DNA of 63,211 bases, counting the filler, from Diploschistes diacapsis (taxonomy: Eukaryota): NCBI GenBank assembly GCA_023645945.1. It is 9 parts of 9 records of this genome, joined end to end, with 100 filler letters (N's around TTAATTAATTAA, not from the genome) between each part and the next. Parts side by side here need not be neighbours in the genome. Positions count along the whole stretch, not along the records: positions 50,754 to 52,751 come from JALAIB010002450.1; positions 52,852 to 54,847 come from JALAIB010002451.1; positions 54,948 to 56,942 come from JALAIB010002452.1; positions 57,043 to 59,034 come from JALAIB010002453.1; positions 59,135 to 61,125 come from JALAIB010002454.1; positions 61,226 to 63,211 come from JALAIB010002455.1; 3 more parts are not named here. One strand, given 5' to 3'. Shown in pieces: positions 51,024 through 62,574 of the stretch. Both the position numbers and the translations under genes were made by a program. The first letter of the stretch is position 1, and every line of letters starts with the position of its first letter. The notes under the pieces were generated by a model. It made no database searches. It was given only the letters and a program-made list of their open reading frames with translations, and had not been told where the DNA came from.

Positions 51024-51438
51024 TAAAACGCCAGCGTAAGAAAGAATGTTATTTTACCGAGGGCTGGGCCTGATTCGGAAGGATTAGATATAGCTTAAGT
51101 ATTTATAAGTAAAAGATCTCGATTCGAAAAGTTGAAGAAGAAATTATTTAGGTGGGAGGAAGGTACCGTTAAGTAATATGGATGTTAGTTTACCGGGGTT
51201 CGAGGATTATTTATTTATATAGCCATTTCTTGATTCTGCCGTGTCTTGATAAGCACCTGGGTATTAATCCTGCCGTGGCTTGGCAAGCATCTGGGCATTA
51301 ACCCTGCCGTGGCTTGGCAAGTATCTGGGCATTGACCCTGCCGTGGCTTGGCAGGCCCAGCTTGGCAAGCACCTGGGCATTGACCCTGCCGTGGCTTGGC
51401 AGGCCCAGCTTGGCAGGCCCCTGGGCTGGGCTGTCTCA
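51024..51438 (-). mobile_element. LTR family B (TGAGAC...GTTTCA) with internal 34/46-bp tandem repeats
   Basis: The reverse complement aligns end to end with 58198-58516. About 5 copies of CTTGCCAAGCCACGGCAGGGTCAATGCCCAGATA. Confidence 0.85.
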
Positions 51439-51850
51439 CTATATCGGGAATATAAGTTGCCTATTATAATCAATGTCAAGCTTTCCGCTTAACTTGTTAG
51501 ATTTTTTAAAATCTTGGAGCGTATTAGTAAGTTAGTTTATAAATTATAGTTATCGGATTATTATTATATTCACGATATTGTTAGCATCGCACACCTCGAG
51601 CCGGTGCTAGATCCAGTTAATAACCTTTATCGCCGACGATCTTTACTGCCGCCATTTATGACAATAAAAATCGAGAAAGAGTACGAAGTAAAACGGTTAT
51701 TTGTTAAGCGCCGCATACGCAAAGGACGCGGATAAAATACGTAGTATTTGGTCCGATAAATAAGATATGATATTATCGATAACATGTAAATCACCGAGCG
51801 AGAGTTATAGCGACACTTGATAAACCGGATCGCCGAGTTCGAGCAGAGGT
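51439..51850 (+). mobile_element. RIP-damaged Ty3/gypsy chromovirus integrase C-terminus plus chromodomain
   Basis: KLSA*LVRFFKILERISKLVYKL (GPF module), IHDIVSIAHLEP, EYEVKRLFVKRRIRKGRG*NT*YLVR* (chromodomain with Trp/Gln codons turned into stops). Confidence 0.8.
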
Positions 51851-52085
51851 ACAACGACGCCGTAAATACAGGCCTACTAGGGATATAAGACTAGAACTAT
51901 ATCTACGAGATGGAGGCAAACTTGATGAAGGAGCAGAATTGCCTTAAAAATAAAAGAAAAGAAAGCAATATAAAATATATTGCTAGGATATTTTAGGACG
52001 AATATCGAGGGTTTTATTTTACTTATTCGATACCTGTTTAGAATATTGTTTATGTGGATATAAGCATTTTTGTATCGGTGGATAT

Positions 52086-52228
52086 TATAGTAGCTATAAT
52101 ACTATTAGAGAGAGTCGCTTGTTCTTACTGGGCTCGCTTGTCCCTGCCCTCGCTGGCGTCGCCTGTGACGCCATGGGACATGATGCCATTGGGCATCCAC
52201 CCGTTTAGTAGCTACAATAGTAGCTATA
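52086..52228 (+). mobile_element. Short LTR-like repeat family C, second copy, followed by a RIP-damaged gag-like zinc knuckle (~52530-52570)
   Basis: Begins tatagtagctataa and ends tagtagctaca. Downstream YLFYNGDNHRAIRC reverts to CX2CX4HX4C if RIP is undone. Confidence 0.6.
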
Positions 52229-52751
52229 AAGAGCTCGATGGTATCCATAGCTTTTGGAATGCATCTTCACTTCACAAATCAATTTGAGTACATACTGACA
52301 GAATCATTATCGACGCTATTGATATTTAGATCGATAATATCTTATCTATTAATATCGATTTCGATAGATAGTTCAATAGGCTCACCGATAAGTAAAATAA
52401 ACTAATAGAAAAGGTTGTAGCATATTTTTTACGTTATAAAAGATTATAGTATCTTAAAGGCTTCCGTTCTCGCTCCTAGGTACGATCCGACGAAAAACGA
52501 CGCCGCTATTTTAGCCTAAGAGAAGGATATTTATTTTATAATGGCGATAATCATCGCGCGATACGATGTAAGCTCGTTAAAAAGTTTAAAAAAATGGTTA
52601 TCGCAGCAAAAAACAAGAAGCGAGAAAAAAAAAAGGATCCCGAGATATCCGCGATAAGAAAAGTAAAAATAAGCGCGTTTATAATATAAAAGGTTTAGAC
52701 GATGAAAATTTAGAAAGTTTAAAATTTAAACCTGAATCTAAACCTTAATTA

Positions 52752-52851
52752 NNNNNNNNNNNNNNNNNNNNNNNNNNNNNNNNNNNNNNNNNNNNTTAAT
52801 TAATTAANNNNNNNNNNNNNNNNNNNNNNNNNNNNNNNNNNNNNNNNNNNN
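52752..52851. other. Artificial contig linker
   Basis: 44N-TTAATTAATTAA-44N. Confidence 0.98.
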
Positions 52852-53074
52852 ATCGAATACGCTGGCCTTAGAAAGCCTAAATCGAAAAAATTCGAAAGTT
52901 TAGGATCTAAATTATAAAATCTTAAAATAAATAGATTTAAAGATAGAAATTATATTATTTTAAAAGAACGCGGGCCTTTATTACGCTGGCCAAAAATAAG
53001 CCTAAATAAGAAATATTTAGATTTAAATTCATTTATATAGGCCAAAAAAAAACTTCTTTTTCTTCTCTTCTTAA

Positions 53075-53645
53075 TAATATCGAAGTTCAATTAAACCACG
53101 CTAAATCCCATCGATCACCTTAATAACCTTTGATATTTAATAAAGCCGTTACCTTCTCTACTAAACCTAATCGAATCTCTTATCAATCTTTAAAATTTAG
53201 TAAAATCGTTATCGTCGTTATTAAACCCTTTCGATTTTATTTATTATCGAGAATCAACTAAACCACGTTAAATTATCTCGATATTTCCGATAATAATCGA
53301 CATCCAGTTTTATTACTACTGGACCGACTCGATACTTTCCGACAATTTTCGATATCTAACAGGACCGCTATTTACGCTGTTAGATCTGGTCGAATCTCTT
53401 ATTAACTGTCGAAGTTCAGCTAAATTACTATTAAACCGTTTCGATATCGATAATAATCGATATCTAGCCTTGTCGTCGTTGGACCGATTCGATCTTTCGA
53501 TAATTATCAATATTTAATCTATCGCCGCTGAATCATCTTGATATCTTCGATAATCACCGAGATCCAGTCGAACTACTTCTAGACTTATTCGATTACTCGT
53601 TAATCATCGAAGTTCAGCTGAACCGCTGTTGAACTTAGTCGATTA
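53075..53645. repeat. Degenerate ~50-bp tandem array (about 11 units), RIP-damaged
   Basis: Anchors at 53253, 53302, 53354, 53414, 53462, 53512, 53562 and 53612. Each unit has a TCCAG-N11-CTGGA-like inverted pair followed by TCGAT. Confidence 0.7.
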
Positions 53646-54072
53646 CTTTTATTTTTATTATAAAGGATTATTCTTTATATTATTCATTAATTATTTATTA
53701 ATTACGAGTTATTCATTCAATAAATCTTTTTTATTTACGAAAATAGTAATAAGATAGACGACATTTTATTTAAGAAGCGGGTTGCTTTTATTCTGAGAAA
53801 CGAGAACCAATAGTAATGGTTCGAACTTATACGTATATATCTTGAAAGTAAAGAGGTGGATTACGTCCTTAATAATCAGCTATTATTGCCTATTATAGTC
53901 ACTTTAGATGATTTTATATCATTTATTTTTATCGGTTTAGGTTCAGTTTTGGACAAAACACCTAAATAGTGGAAGAAAGATTAATCTAAAGCAAACTACT
54001 AGATTATGATTTGTGCGGGGGAGATCGATTAAGAACGTTTTCGTGGTTTACCTATTACGAAAGCTAGATGGG

Positions 54073-54526
54073 TGTTATGATCTCTATCTATACAAGGTAT
54101 ACACGAGTAGGATCAAGGTGGGTTTGGTCTCTGTTAGAAGAAGAGTGCAAGCAGGAGAAGAAGGTAGAATAATCACAGATCTTGGATTATTTCTAAAAAA
54201 AAGGCTTTTTAATAATAAAGATAACGAATATAAATTGATCCCGAGCAATCGTTAAAGATATTTATAAAAATAAACACGCCCTAGATTTATAAAGGCCATG
54301 ACGACGTTCTTATATAACTAATAACTCCTTTAATGAAATAGATAAATAAATAAATAAAATTACCGTTCTTTCTTTCTACCCACGACTGAGTAGAATGATT
54401 TTCTAGACCTTCTACTCATCACGTGACCCGTGTCACCTGATTGGACTATATATAAGGAGTGGTTGGGAAGTACCCGACTAGCTGTTGCGTGCCAAGTACT
54501 ACTGCCTAGTACCTTGGATCGTAACA
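54073..54526 (-). mobile_element. LTR family A, complete copy (454 bp; TGTTACGATC...GATCATAACA)
   Basis: TG...CA ends with a 10-bp imperfect inverted repeat; reverse complement aligns with 62575-63029. Confidence 0.9.
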
Positions 54527-54847
54527 ACCCTAAGGGCCTCTAATAACTTGAATGTTTTTAATGTAGAATCGTTTCCCGTTATATAGTCCCCGAAGTCCTT
54601 TATTATTATTATAGTTTTGAAGAACAGAACATTCATCATCTCGAATAAGGAGTAGAACTATAATTGCCGGCTTGAAAGCAAGCTGTATAAGATTATTATT
54701 ATAAGAAATCTATTCTTTTTTTTCGTCTTTATCTTTTGAAAGGGGTTTTCGTCTATTAGGTATAATAAAAGCATATGTTTCTTATATTTACGCGTGTTGT
54801 GCGGAGCTGTTGGTTTAAAGAATCGTAAGGGAGATAAAGTAGTTTTA

Positions 54848-54947
54848 NNNNNNNNNNNNNNNNNNNNNNNNNNNNNNNNNNNNNNNNNNNNTTAATTAAT
54901 TAANNNNNNNNNNNNNNNNNNNNNNNNNNNNNNNNNNNNNNNNNNNN
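54848..54947. other. Artificial contig linker
   Basis: 44N-TTAATTAATTAA-44N. Confidence 0.98.
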
Positions 54948-56942
54948 ATTATATCCCTTTTAATTATAATTAAAACACGCGTTTTTAGATATATATTAAC
55001 CCGATTATAACTTCAACGAAACGTATTTCTTAGAATTGTTTAAATTTTAATTAACACGGTTTATATTTATCAAAATTGATCTAACCCGAAACGTAAATCG
55101 TTAATACGTTCAAATATTTAACATCCGGTTTGATCTCGATCTTTTCCCCGGTTTTAGTACAGTTAGGAAACTTCTTCCACGGATATAGAAACGTTTCTCG
55201 AAAATACTTCTTTAAGTCCAGAGTAGCCACGATATCGTTAATTATTTAATTTAATCGATTCTATTAAGCACAGAACTGAACGTTCTAAAAACCTTATTTA
55301 TTAAAATAGCAAGCTATTACCGCTGATATTTTCGCGTTATAACTCATTTTAATCAAGGCCGTTTCGTCTTTTATATCCTTAGATTAATTCCGCAATCCTA
55401 TTTCATTCTGTTAGAGTCTATTAACCCCTGTTATAATATTCTTTAATTATAAAACTTACGAAGTCATCGTCGGGTCCGTTAAGGTTAATTATAGAAGAAA
55501 AAGTTATCTTAAGTTTATTAAATGTTATTAGATTTAAACACTATAATTCCTAAAAAGGAACTGAGGAGTTAGAAGTTTACTAATCTTGCTATTTATAGCA
55601 TTAAAACGTTCTACTTAAAGCTAATAGATTGTAAGGATAGAGAGAAAGAGAGCTAGCTGATTCTATTAGAGCTAAATAGATTAACACGGTGCATTTACGA
55701 GAAAAAGGAATTAATTAAAAAGGAATCTTTTATAAACATGAAAAGCAATTAATGAACGAGTCGCTCATATCCTAATAAGGAAGGATGTGGTTTCACTACG
55801 GAGTTAAGCCCTAAATCCGAAAAGACTTGGCAGAATACTTTTTATTTGTAAATCTGTAGCTAGACAATTTGAACACACCATGCAATCAAATCACACTAGC
55901 TTTGGATAGAATGTGATCGTAAGCGTCTCTAAGTATTCTAATTCAGAAACTACTGAATGCTCTAAAAATATAGTCTGTTCTGACTCTCGGAATAGTACAA
56001 GGACAGGAATCTCTAAAACAGGAGTATCAGACCAAGGATCAATGTCTGGATCGACAGAAAGATGTCGGAACGATAGAGGAAGATCTTCCAATAAAAGAAC
56101 TTTCATTGATAGGGAAGCATCAGGCAATTCGATATCTATATACTCATGTTCTAGTTCCTCTATAATAAATGCTTCTGACGCTGCCCAGGGGTTAATAATA
56201 TCTAAAAGAGGAAGCATAGTATTCGAAATAATGCTTTCTAATATAAAAGGGACAGCCGACCCCCATACTTCTAAATTATAATAAAAATCCATATCGAAAG
56301 TTTCTGAAATAAAAAGCTCAATTCTCAAATACTAGATATAAGAGCTTTCGTTAATCTCTCGAAAATTAGACGATCCAGAGGCTTCGTCAAAGCGTCTACT
56401 AAATTATCGTTTAAAAAAACCTACTTCAAAATAAACGCTCCGTCTTCATAAAACTTTCGAATATAATAATAATAAACCGAAATATGTTTACTACGATCTA
56501 TCGTACGTCTATTTTCTATAAAATCTATAAAGCTTTTATTATCAATATAAACAGTAATTGTCGTAAAAACATTTAACTCATTCAAAGCCGATTATAACCA
56601 AATAAGATATAATACTGCTAAGAACGCAGCGATATATTTAATTTCATAAAATAAAACCAAGACGGTCCTTTAAACTTTAAATAACCACGAGATAAGAAAA
56701 GTTTTTAAAAGATGGACCACTTTAGATACTAAACGACAAATATCTGGATCAGAAATAAAAAAAACGTTACTATATTGATTTAAAAAGATACTCCCGTCTG
56801 GAAGCCGTGGTAAAAGATCGAACCTTAACGCAACGTTGATTTAACCGTTTAAAAATCTTAAAACGTATTTTAAGTAAAAGTAATAATTCAATTAAAAACA
56901 ATTAGAATATTACCTTAATTAATTAACGGCATAAGTTATATC
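54948..56942. mobile_element. Unclassified RIP-degraded repeat DNA
   Basis: AT-rich and TpA-enriched; only a residual acidic ORF (55891-56328, minus) with no recognisable motif. Confidence 0.55.
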
Positions 56943-57042
56943 NNNNNNNNNNNNNNNNNNNNNNNNNNNNNNNNNNNNNNNNNNNNTTAATTAATTAANN
57001 NNNNNNNNNNNNNNNNNNNNNNNNNNNNNNNNNNNNNNNNNN
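56943..57042. other. Artificial contig linker
   Basis: 44N-TTAATTAATTAA-44N. Confidence 0.98.
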
Positions 57043-58197
57043 ATATATTATATATCCGTTTTAAACTATCGACGGCTTTTTATTTTTAAACGGACGATCA
57101 AACCGAAAATATTAATAAAAAAATAGAACGATATTTACGATCCTTTGTTTATTATTCGCAGAAGGATTGAAAACGGTTATTACTTATAATAAAATTCGCT
57201 ATCAACGCGGTTAAATCGGAATCAACGAGATATTCGCTATTCTTCGTTATCCGAAAATACAAATCCCGGATATCTTTCGACACCGATAAAATAACGAAAC
57301 AGAGAATTATTATCCGCGAAAAAATAAATAATTGAAATATTAATACTATCGCCGAAATCATGTAAAACATCTAGAACTTCGTTAAAAGACATATAATATT
57401 AACGTAACAGCGATAAAAACGATACGCGGACGAGCACCAACGCCTCGTTAAAAAAATTAACCCCGGCGACTCGGTCTAATTAAATATACGTAATATTAAA
57501 ACCACCCGGGCCTGTAAAAAACTAAATAATAAATAAAACGGCCCCTATAACGTCCTACGAAAAATAGGCGATATAAATTTTAAACTAGATTTACCAGCGT
57601 CGATAAAATAATTCAAAACCTTTCATTCGTTTCTACTTTCAAAAGACCCGCAAGACCCCTTAGAAAAACAGACGCATCCTAAACCACCCCCGATAAAGAC
57701 GGAAGGCGGAAAAGAATAAAAGATCGAAAAGATCCTCGACGTCAAAAGAGGTCCCGGACGAAAAATAAACGTCCAATATAAGATACGTTAAATAAAATAG
57801 CCCACCGATAATAATTAATATCCCGCCGTTAATTTCGAAAATATTTTCGAGATCTTACGGGAATTTTATCAATTAAATCCCGAAAAAATAAGATCCCCGT
57901 AACTAATAATACCCGGGAATAAATAACCTACGCCAGTAAGAATTATAAACGGGAACGAACTTTTAAAATAAGACGATATCGATTATCACGACGATTACAC
58001 TTTTTTATAGAATCTAAGAGCGTATTTAACTAAAAACGACGTTAAAAAAAGTTTAAAAAGACGGAAACATTTATTACGAAAAAACAACGGGTATCCTTTT
58101 AAATAAATTAAGAAAAGAAGTAAAGATCGAAATAAAAATTGATTAAAAAAAAAGCATCGCGTTTATAAGAGACACAAACATCTAGAAAGGAGGGTAA
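57043..58197 (+). mobile_element. RIP-damaged Ty3/gypsy chromovirus 3' end: integrase, GPY/F module, chromodomain, polypurine tract
   Basis: GPYNVLRKIGDINFKLDLP..FH..LL; PPPI..EGGKE*KIEKILD...QYKIR*...*YPAVNFEN...LREFYQLNPEK; purine tract agaaaggaggg directly before the LTR. Confidence 0.88.
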
Positions 58198-58516
58198 TAA
58201 AACAGCCCAGCCCAGAAACTTGCCAAGCCACGGCAGGGTCAATGCCCAGATACTTGCCAAGCCACGGCAAGGTCAATACCTAGATGCTTACTAAGACACG
58301 GCAAAATCAGGGAATGGTTATATAAATAGGTAATCCCCGAACCCCGATAAACTAACACCTATACTACTTAACGGTGCCCTTCTTCTACCTAGATAGTTTC
58401 TTTTTCAGCTTTTCGAATCGAGATCTTTTACTTGCAGATGCCCAAGCTACACCTAATCCTTCCGGATCAGGCCCAGCCCCCGGTAGAGTAGCATCCTTTC
58501 CTGCGCTGGCGTTTCA
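58198..58516 (+). mobile_element. LTR family B, 3' LTR (319 bp; about 3 internal 34-bp repeats)
   Basis: Follows the polypurine tract, ends GGCGTTTCA, and matches the reverse complement of 51024-51438. Confidence 0.85.
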
Positions 58517-58597
58517 ATATCATAATTTATCGGAATATAAACATAAAGGTATTACGAATATCATAAAAATTATTTAACGAAATTATCATTTCGAAAG

Positions 58598-58878
58598 TAG
58601 GCTGGCCGTTTCGTGCCACGGTCACTGACACGGACACTACAGAAAAGATTTTCAAAACATGGACACTAACACGGATACTATAACTAAAATTTTAAACCAC
58701 GGACACTAACACGGATATTATATTATAATAAAAGCACGGACACGGATATTCTAATTAAAATTTTTAAAATATTGATATTAACACGGACATTGTATTTCCG
58801 TGAATCCACCGAAATATTGCGGTGAATCCACCGAAACACCGCGGTGAAATTTTTTTAAAAAAATAAAAACGTGAGAAA
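58598..58878 (+). mobile_element. DNA transposon terminus (hAT-like) with subterminal ACACGGACAC repeats
   Basis: Starts TAGGCTGGCCGTTTCGTGCCACGG, identical to the reverse complement of 59535-59558. Many CACGGA(C/T)A motifs and a repeated GTGAATCCACCGAAA. Confidence 0.7.
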
Positions 58879-59034
58879 TGTTACGATCCAAGTAACTAGG
58901 TAGTAGTCCACTTGGCACTTCACAGCTGATCGGGCCTAACCCAACCACTCCTTATATATAGTTTAATCATAATAACACTAATCACGTAATAAGTAGAAAG
59001 CCTTAGAAGCTATTTTACCCTCTATAAATAAAAC
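58879..59034 (+). mobile_element. LTR family A, partial (5' part), cut by the contig end
   Basis: TGTTACGATCCAAG...cccaaccactccttatatatagt, as in the copy starting at 62575. Confidence 0.8.
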
Positions 59035-59134
59035 NNNNNNNNNNNNNNNNNNNNNNNNNNNNNNNNNNNNNNNNNNNNTTAATTAATTAANNNNNNNNNN
59101 NNNNNNNNNNNNNNNNNNNNNNNNNNNNNNNNNN
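59035..59134. other. Artificial contig linker
   Basis: 44N-TTAATTAATTAA-44N. Confidence 0.98.
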
Positions 59135-59493
59135 ATTATAAATCTTAAACTATTTCTAAAAAGAAAGTTCTTTAATAATAAAAATAACGAATATAAATTA
59201 ATCCCGAATAATAATTAAAAATATTTATAAAAATAAACATGTTTTCTTTCACGAAAGTAAAATCGTGTTTATATATAAGTAATTTACTTACCGTTTATCG
59301 TAAATTTAACGAACGATATCCTCGAAACTTGCCGTTTATAAGAATAAACGCGACTATCGAGCGGTAACGAAAGCTTACTCGCCGTTCATAAAAATAAGCG
59401 TGAGCAGTGAGCGCGTCACGTGACCCCTGTCCCGTGACTGACCTATATACAACAAAGCTGGGACGTGTTAAGTCCGGTATTTGGATCGTAACA
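59135..59493 (-). mobile_element. LTR related to family A (divergent subfamily), partial
   Basis: The minus strand begins TGTTACGATCCAAATAC and contains tatatag...gggtcacgtga as in family A. Confidence 0.65.
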
Positions 59494-59558
59494 CCGTGCC
59501 GAGAAAATTTTTGCTGCGGTGTCCGTGTTAGTGTCCGTGGCACGAAACGGCCAGCCTA
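59494..59558 (-). mobile_element. hAT-like DNA transposon terminus, second copy
   Basis: Minus strand reads TAGGCTGGCCGTTTCGTGCCACGGACACTAACACGGACAC. Confidence 0.7.
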
Positions 59559-59661
59559 TTGCAAATCCATTTGATTTTACCGAATCCATGGTTGTCTGTA
59601 TGTTGATATAGAGGATTACGAGACCATAATGCGCAAGTAAAATCATCTGTCGCGCATGTCT

Positions 59662-60809
59662 TTATATGATTTCCATATTTGCCATTAGAGACGTCCGAGG
59701 AGCTTCTCGACTAGGGTAGTTGTCTTTTCCGGAAACAAGGTCTTCAAATTCTTCCGCTGTGAGATCTAATAAGTACAAAATGTCTAAAAGACTGTGACTG
59801 TTTAATTTGTTAGGTGCGTCTTGTTGTACCTTTGCCTTTGCCTTGTAGGCAATAGCAACGCCGCCACCGGAGCCACAAGCGTCCAGCATTTTCAGATCGT
59901 TGGCGCCATCCCCGATACAGATGGCCTGCGACAACGGTAGCCCACTTTCCTCTGCAAACGCTTCTAATAGTTGTTTCTTTTTGTCGGGTGTAACAATGGC
60001 GACACTCGCATCAAGTTCCCCTGTGAGATGCGTAAATGGAAATTCGTCCGTTGGCCCAGATGATGTGAGCTTGAAAAGTTCAGTAGAATGTACGGGCTCT
60101 AGGGGTAGAGCTTGGTGAGTGGGGAATCCGGGCCTACCTTGTTTGCTGCAACTCGGTGAATCCCAAGCTCATTTCCAACCCACAAGGCCATCTCCTGAAA
60201 CCCACCACTAAAGACAGCCATCTTCACCCCTTTCTTCCGTAGGACGCGAGTCAGTTCCCTGGCCCCAGGCATAAATCGGATACGTGTTTTCAGATCTTCC
60301 CAAATGGTAAGTGGAGCTCCCCTTAAAAGCTTTACCCTCTTTCTCAAGGACTCCTGAAAGTCAATCTCTCCGTTCATGGCCATCTGCGTAATGGCTTCAA
60401 CTTCTTCCATTCTTCCAACGCCACGGGCTAGCTCGTCAATGACTTCTGCTTGAATAAGAGTTGAGTCCATATCAAAGATCGCGATAAGTGGCGGAGCCAT
60501 GCGGATTTTTGTAGGCAAGAAGATGAGTTCTAAAGCATTTTGGAGCTCGAAATTGCCCATACTGTGACGAATGTCTCGAAGCTCAGCGCATCGAATTCTG
60601 CTAGTGCGGCTCAAAGCGCCTGCAGTATTGAAAGAATAGCGAACAACATGGGCGGCAAGCCTGGTCGGCCCTTCTACTTTATGCCACAAACCTATGGAGC
60701 CCTGCTTAAACTCTGAATCGATGGCCTGCAGCACGCAAGGGTCGTGCGCTTCTTGATGAGCAAAGACATATATGTCAACATCGGAGGGTAGAATTTGGGT
60801 TGACGCCAT
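59662..60809 (-). CDS. Phosphoserine phosphatase (HAD family, SerB/Ser2-like), 2 exons
   Basis: Motif I FDMDSTLIQAEVIDE, cap AMNGEIDFQESLRKRVKLL, motif II FSGGF, motif III/IV K...IGDGANDLKML. Intron 60070-60137 joins the two ORFs in frame. Confidence 0.9.
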
Positions 60810-61125
60810 TATGATTGGATGTGTCCGTGGGTTTGGCAGAAGGTTTATTCCAATGGCTGATCGGGAGGTTTTTAATGGGAAGTGTTATTCTGCCTTGTAG
60901 AGCACCTGTAATTTAGGTATGTCTTATTCTGCCTACTGTAAAATTGTGTAATATATTTAGTGGCGCCCTAATGATGCATTCTGCCTAGTTCGCTGTGGCC
61001 TTATTAGGTACTTAGATCTTTATATAATTTAAATATAAATGTATATTATTTATAGAAATACGCAGAACTATATAGAATTAAATATAAAATAAATAAAATT
61101 TAATTATTATTATGGCCATAAAAAC

Positions 61126-61225
61126 NNNNNNNNNNNNNNNNNNNNNNNNNNNNNNNNNNNNNNNNNNNNTTAATTAATTAANNNNNNNNNNNNNNNNNNN
61201 NNNNNNNNNNNNNNNNNNNNNNNNN
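61126..61225. other. Artificial contig linker
   Basis: 44N-TTAATTAATTAA-44N. Confidence 0.98.
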
Positions 61226-62574
61226 GATCTTTAAATTAAACGAATATACGTGTATCAACATATCCCGTTTACGCGCAGTTATAACGACTACGGTAAATAA
61301 AAAGAAAATATTATACGATACTCCCCAAACCGGAATCAAGAACGACCTTAATTAATAAATTTAAATATAAGAAATAAAAACTCGTATTAACAAGAATACT
61401 AATAAAAAAGGAGATAATTACCTTTCAAAAATCTTTAAAAAATATTATTAATAATTACACCTCTTTTAAAAAAAAACAGGCTTACGAGTACTACTTAAGT
61501 ATAAATTTTGGAATCATGTTATCGAACTCATAGACGGAAAAATCCCGAAATTTGGACCTCTTTATAAAGCATCAATAATAGAACTGAAGTTCCTTAAACA
61601 ATATCTCCAGGAAATGCTCAAGAAGGGACACATTCGCAAATCCAAATCACCAGCATCATCTCCAATCATTTTCGTACAGAAACTATTCAAAGATAGCAGA
61701 GCCATTGACAAGACTCACCAGAAAAGACTTACCTTATAAATGGACACAGGATCAGAAACAGGCCTTTCGGAAACTCAAGGACCTAACGATCAACGCGTCT
61801 ATCCTAGGGTTTTACGATCCAGAAAAACTAATACGAATCGAAACCGATGCTTCAGGACTAGTTATTACAACATACCTACTATAACTTAACGACAACAGTA
61901 AGTAACGGCTGATAACCTGTTATTCAAGAAAGATATCATTAGCAGAAATTAATTACGATATAGGCGATCAGGAACTACTCGCCATAATTATTACTTTAGA
62001 CGAATGACATATCTATATTCACGAAGCAAAAGAAACCGAAATTTATATAAACTATATAAACTTATTAAAGTTCACGATAATAAAGAAATTTAACCCTAAA
62101 TAGTTTCGTTGGTTAAAGATTCTCGGACGATACCGTTTCACGATTAAACGAATTATAGATAAAGCAAACGAACGAACTAACGCGTTAAATAAACGGTCAA
62201 ACTATATAATAAAAGAACCGCGCCAAGTTAAGCTACTAAAGATTAATAATGATAAATCACTTACGATAAATTTTCGAGAATTTATAATAATTATAAATGT
62301 TTTAAAAGATCAATAATGATAGATTACTTATAATAGATTTTCGGGAATTTATAACAATCATAAATATCTTAAAAGATCAGAACGAACAGTATTTAATAAC
62401 ACGAAAAAAGCTACAGATTCTTATAGAAAAAATATAAGATTATATACGATAATATTATGATCCACCGGAATACGAATATAAGGGTATCACGAATACTATT
62501 AAAGCCATTTAACGAAACTATTATTTCGAAAAAATAAAAAAACAAGTCACGGACTTTATTAGATAATATAAGAA
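61226..62574 (+). mobile_element. Ty3/gypsy pol relic: RT N-terminus, internal deletion, RNase H, integrase zinc finger
   Basis: WNHVIELIDGKIPKFGPLY...LKQYLQEMLKKGHIRKSKSPASSPIIFVQK; AEPLTRLTRKDLPYKWT..Q..AF..LK; ETDAS...YSRKIS.AEINYDIGDQELLAI; RIP-altered HDPPEYGHKG. Confidence 0.92.

Noticed and set aside
51024..58516. The two family-B LTRs as both ends of one element
   Set aside because: They are on different contigs, have different repeat numbers, and their flanks show no matching target-site duplication.
58598..59558. A complete ~960-bp TIR element bounded by perfect inverted termini
   Set aside because: The two termini are on different contigs joined by an artificial linker, and their flanks share no target-site duplication.
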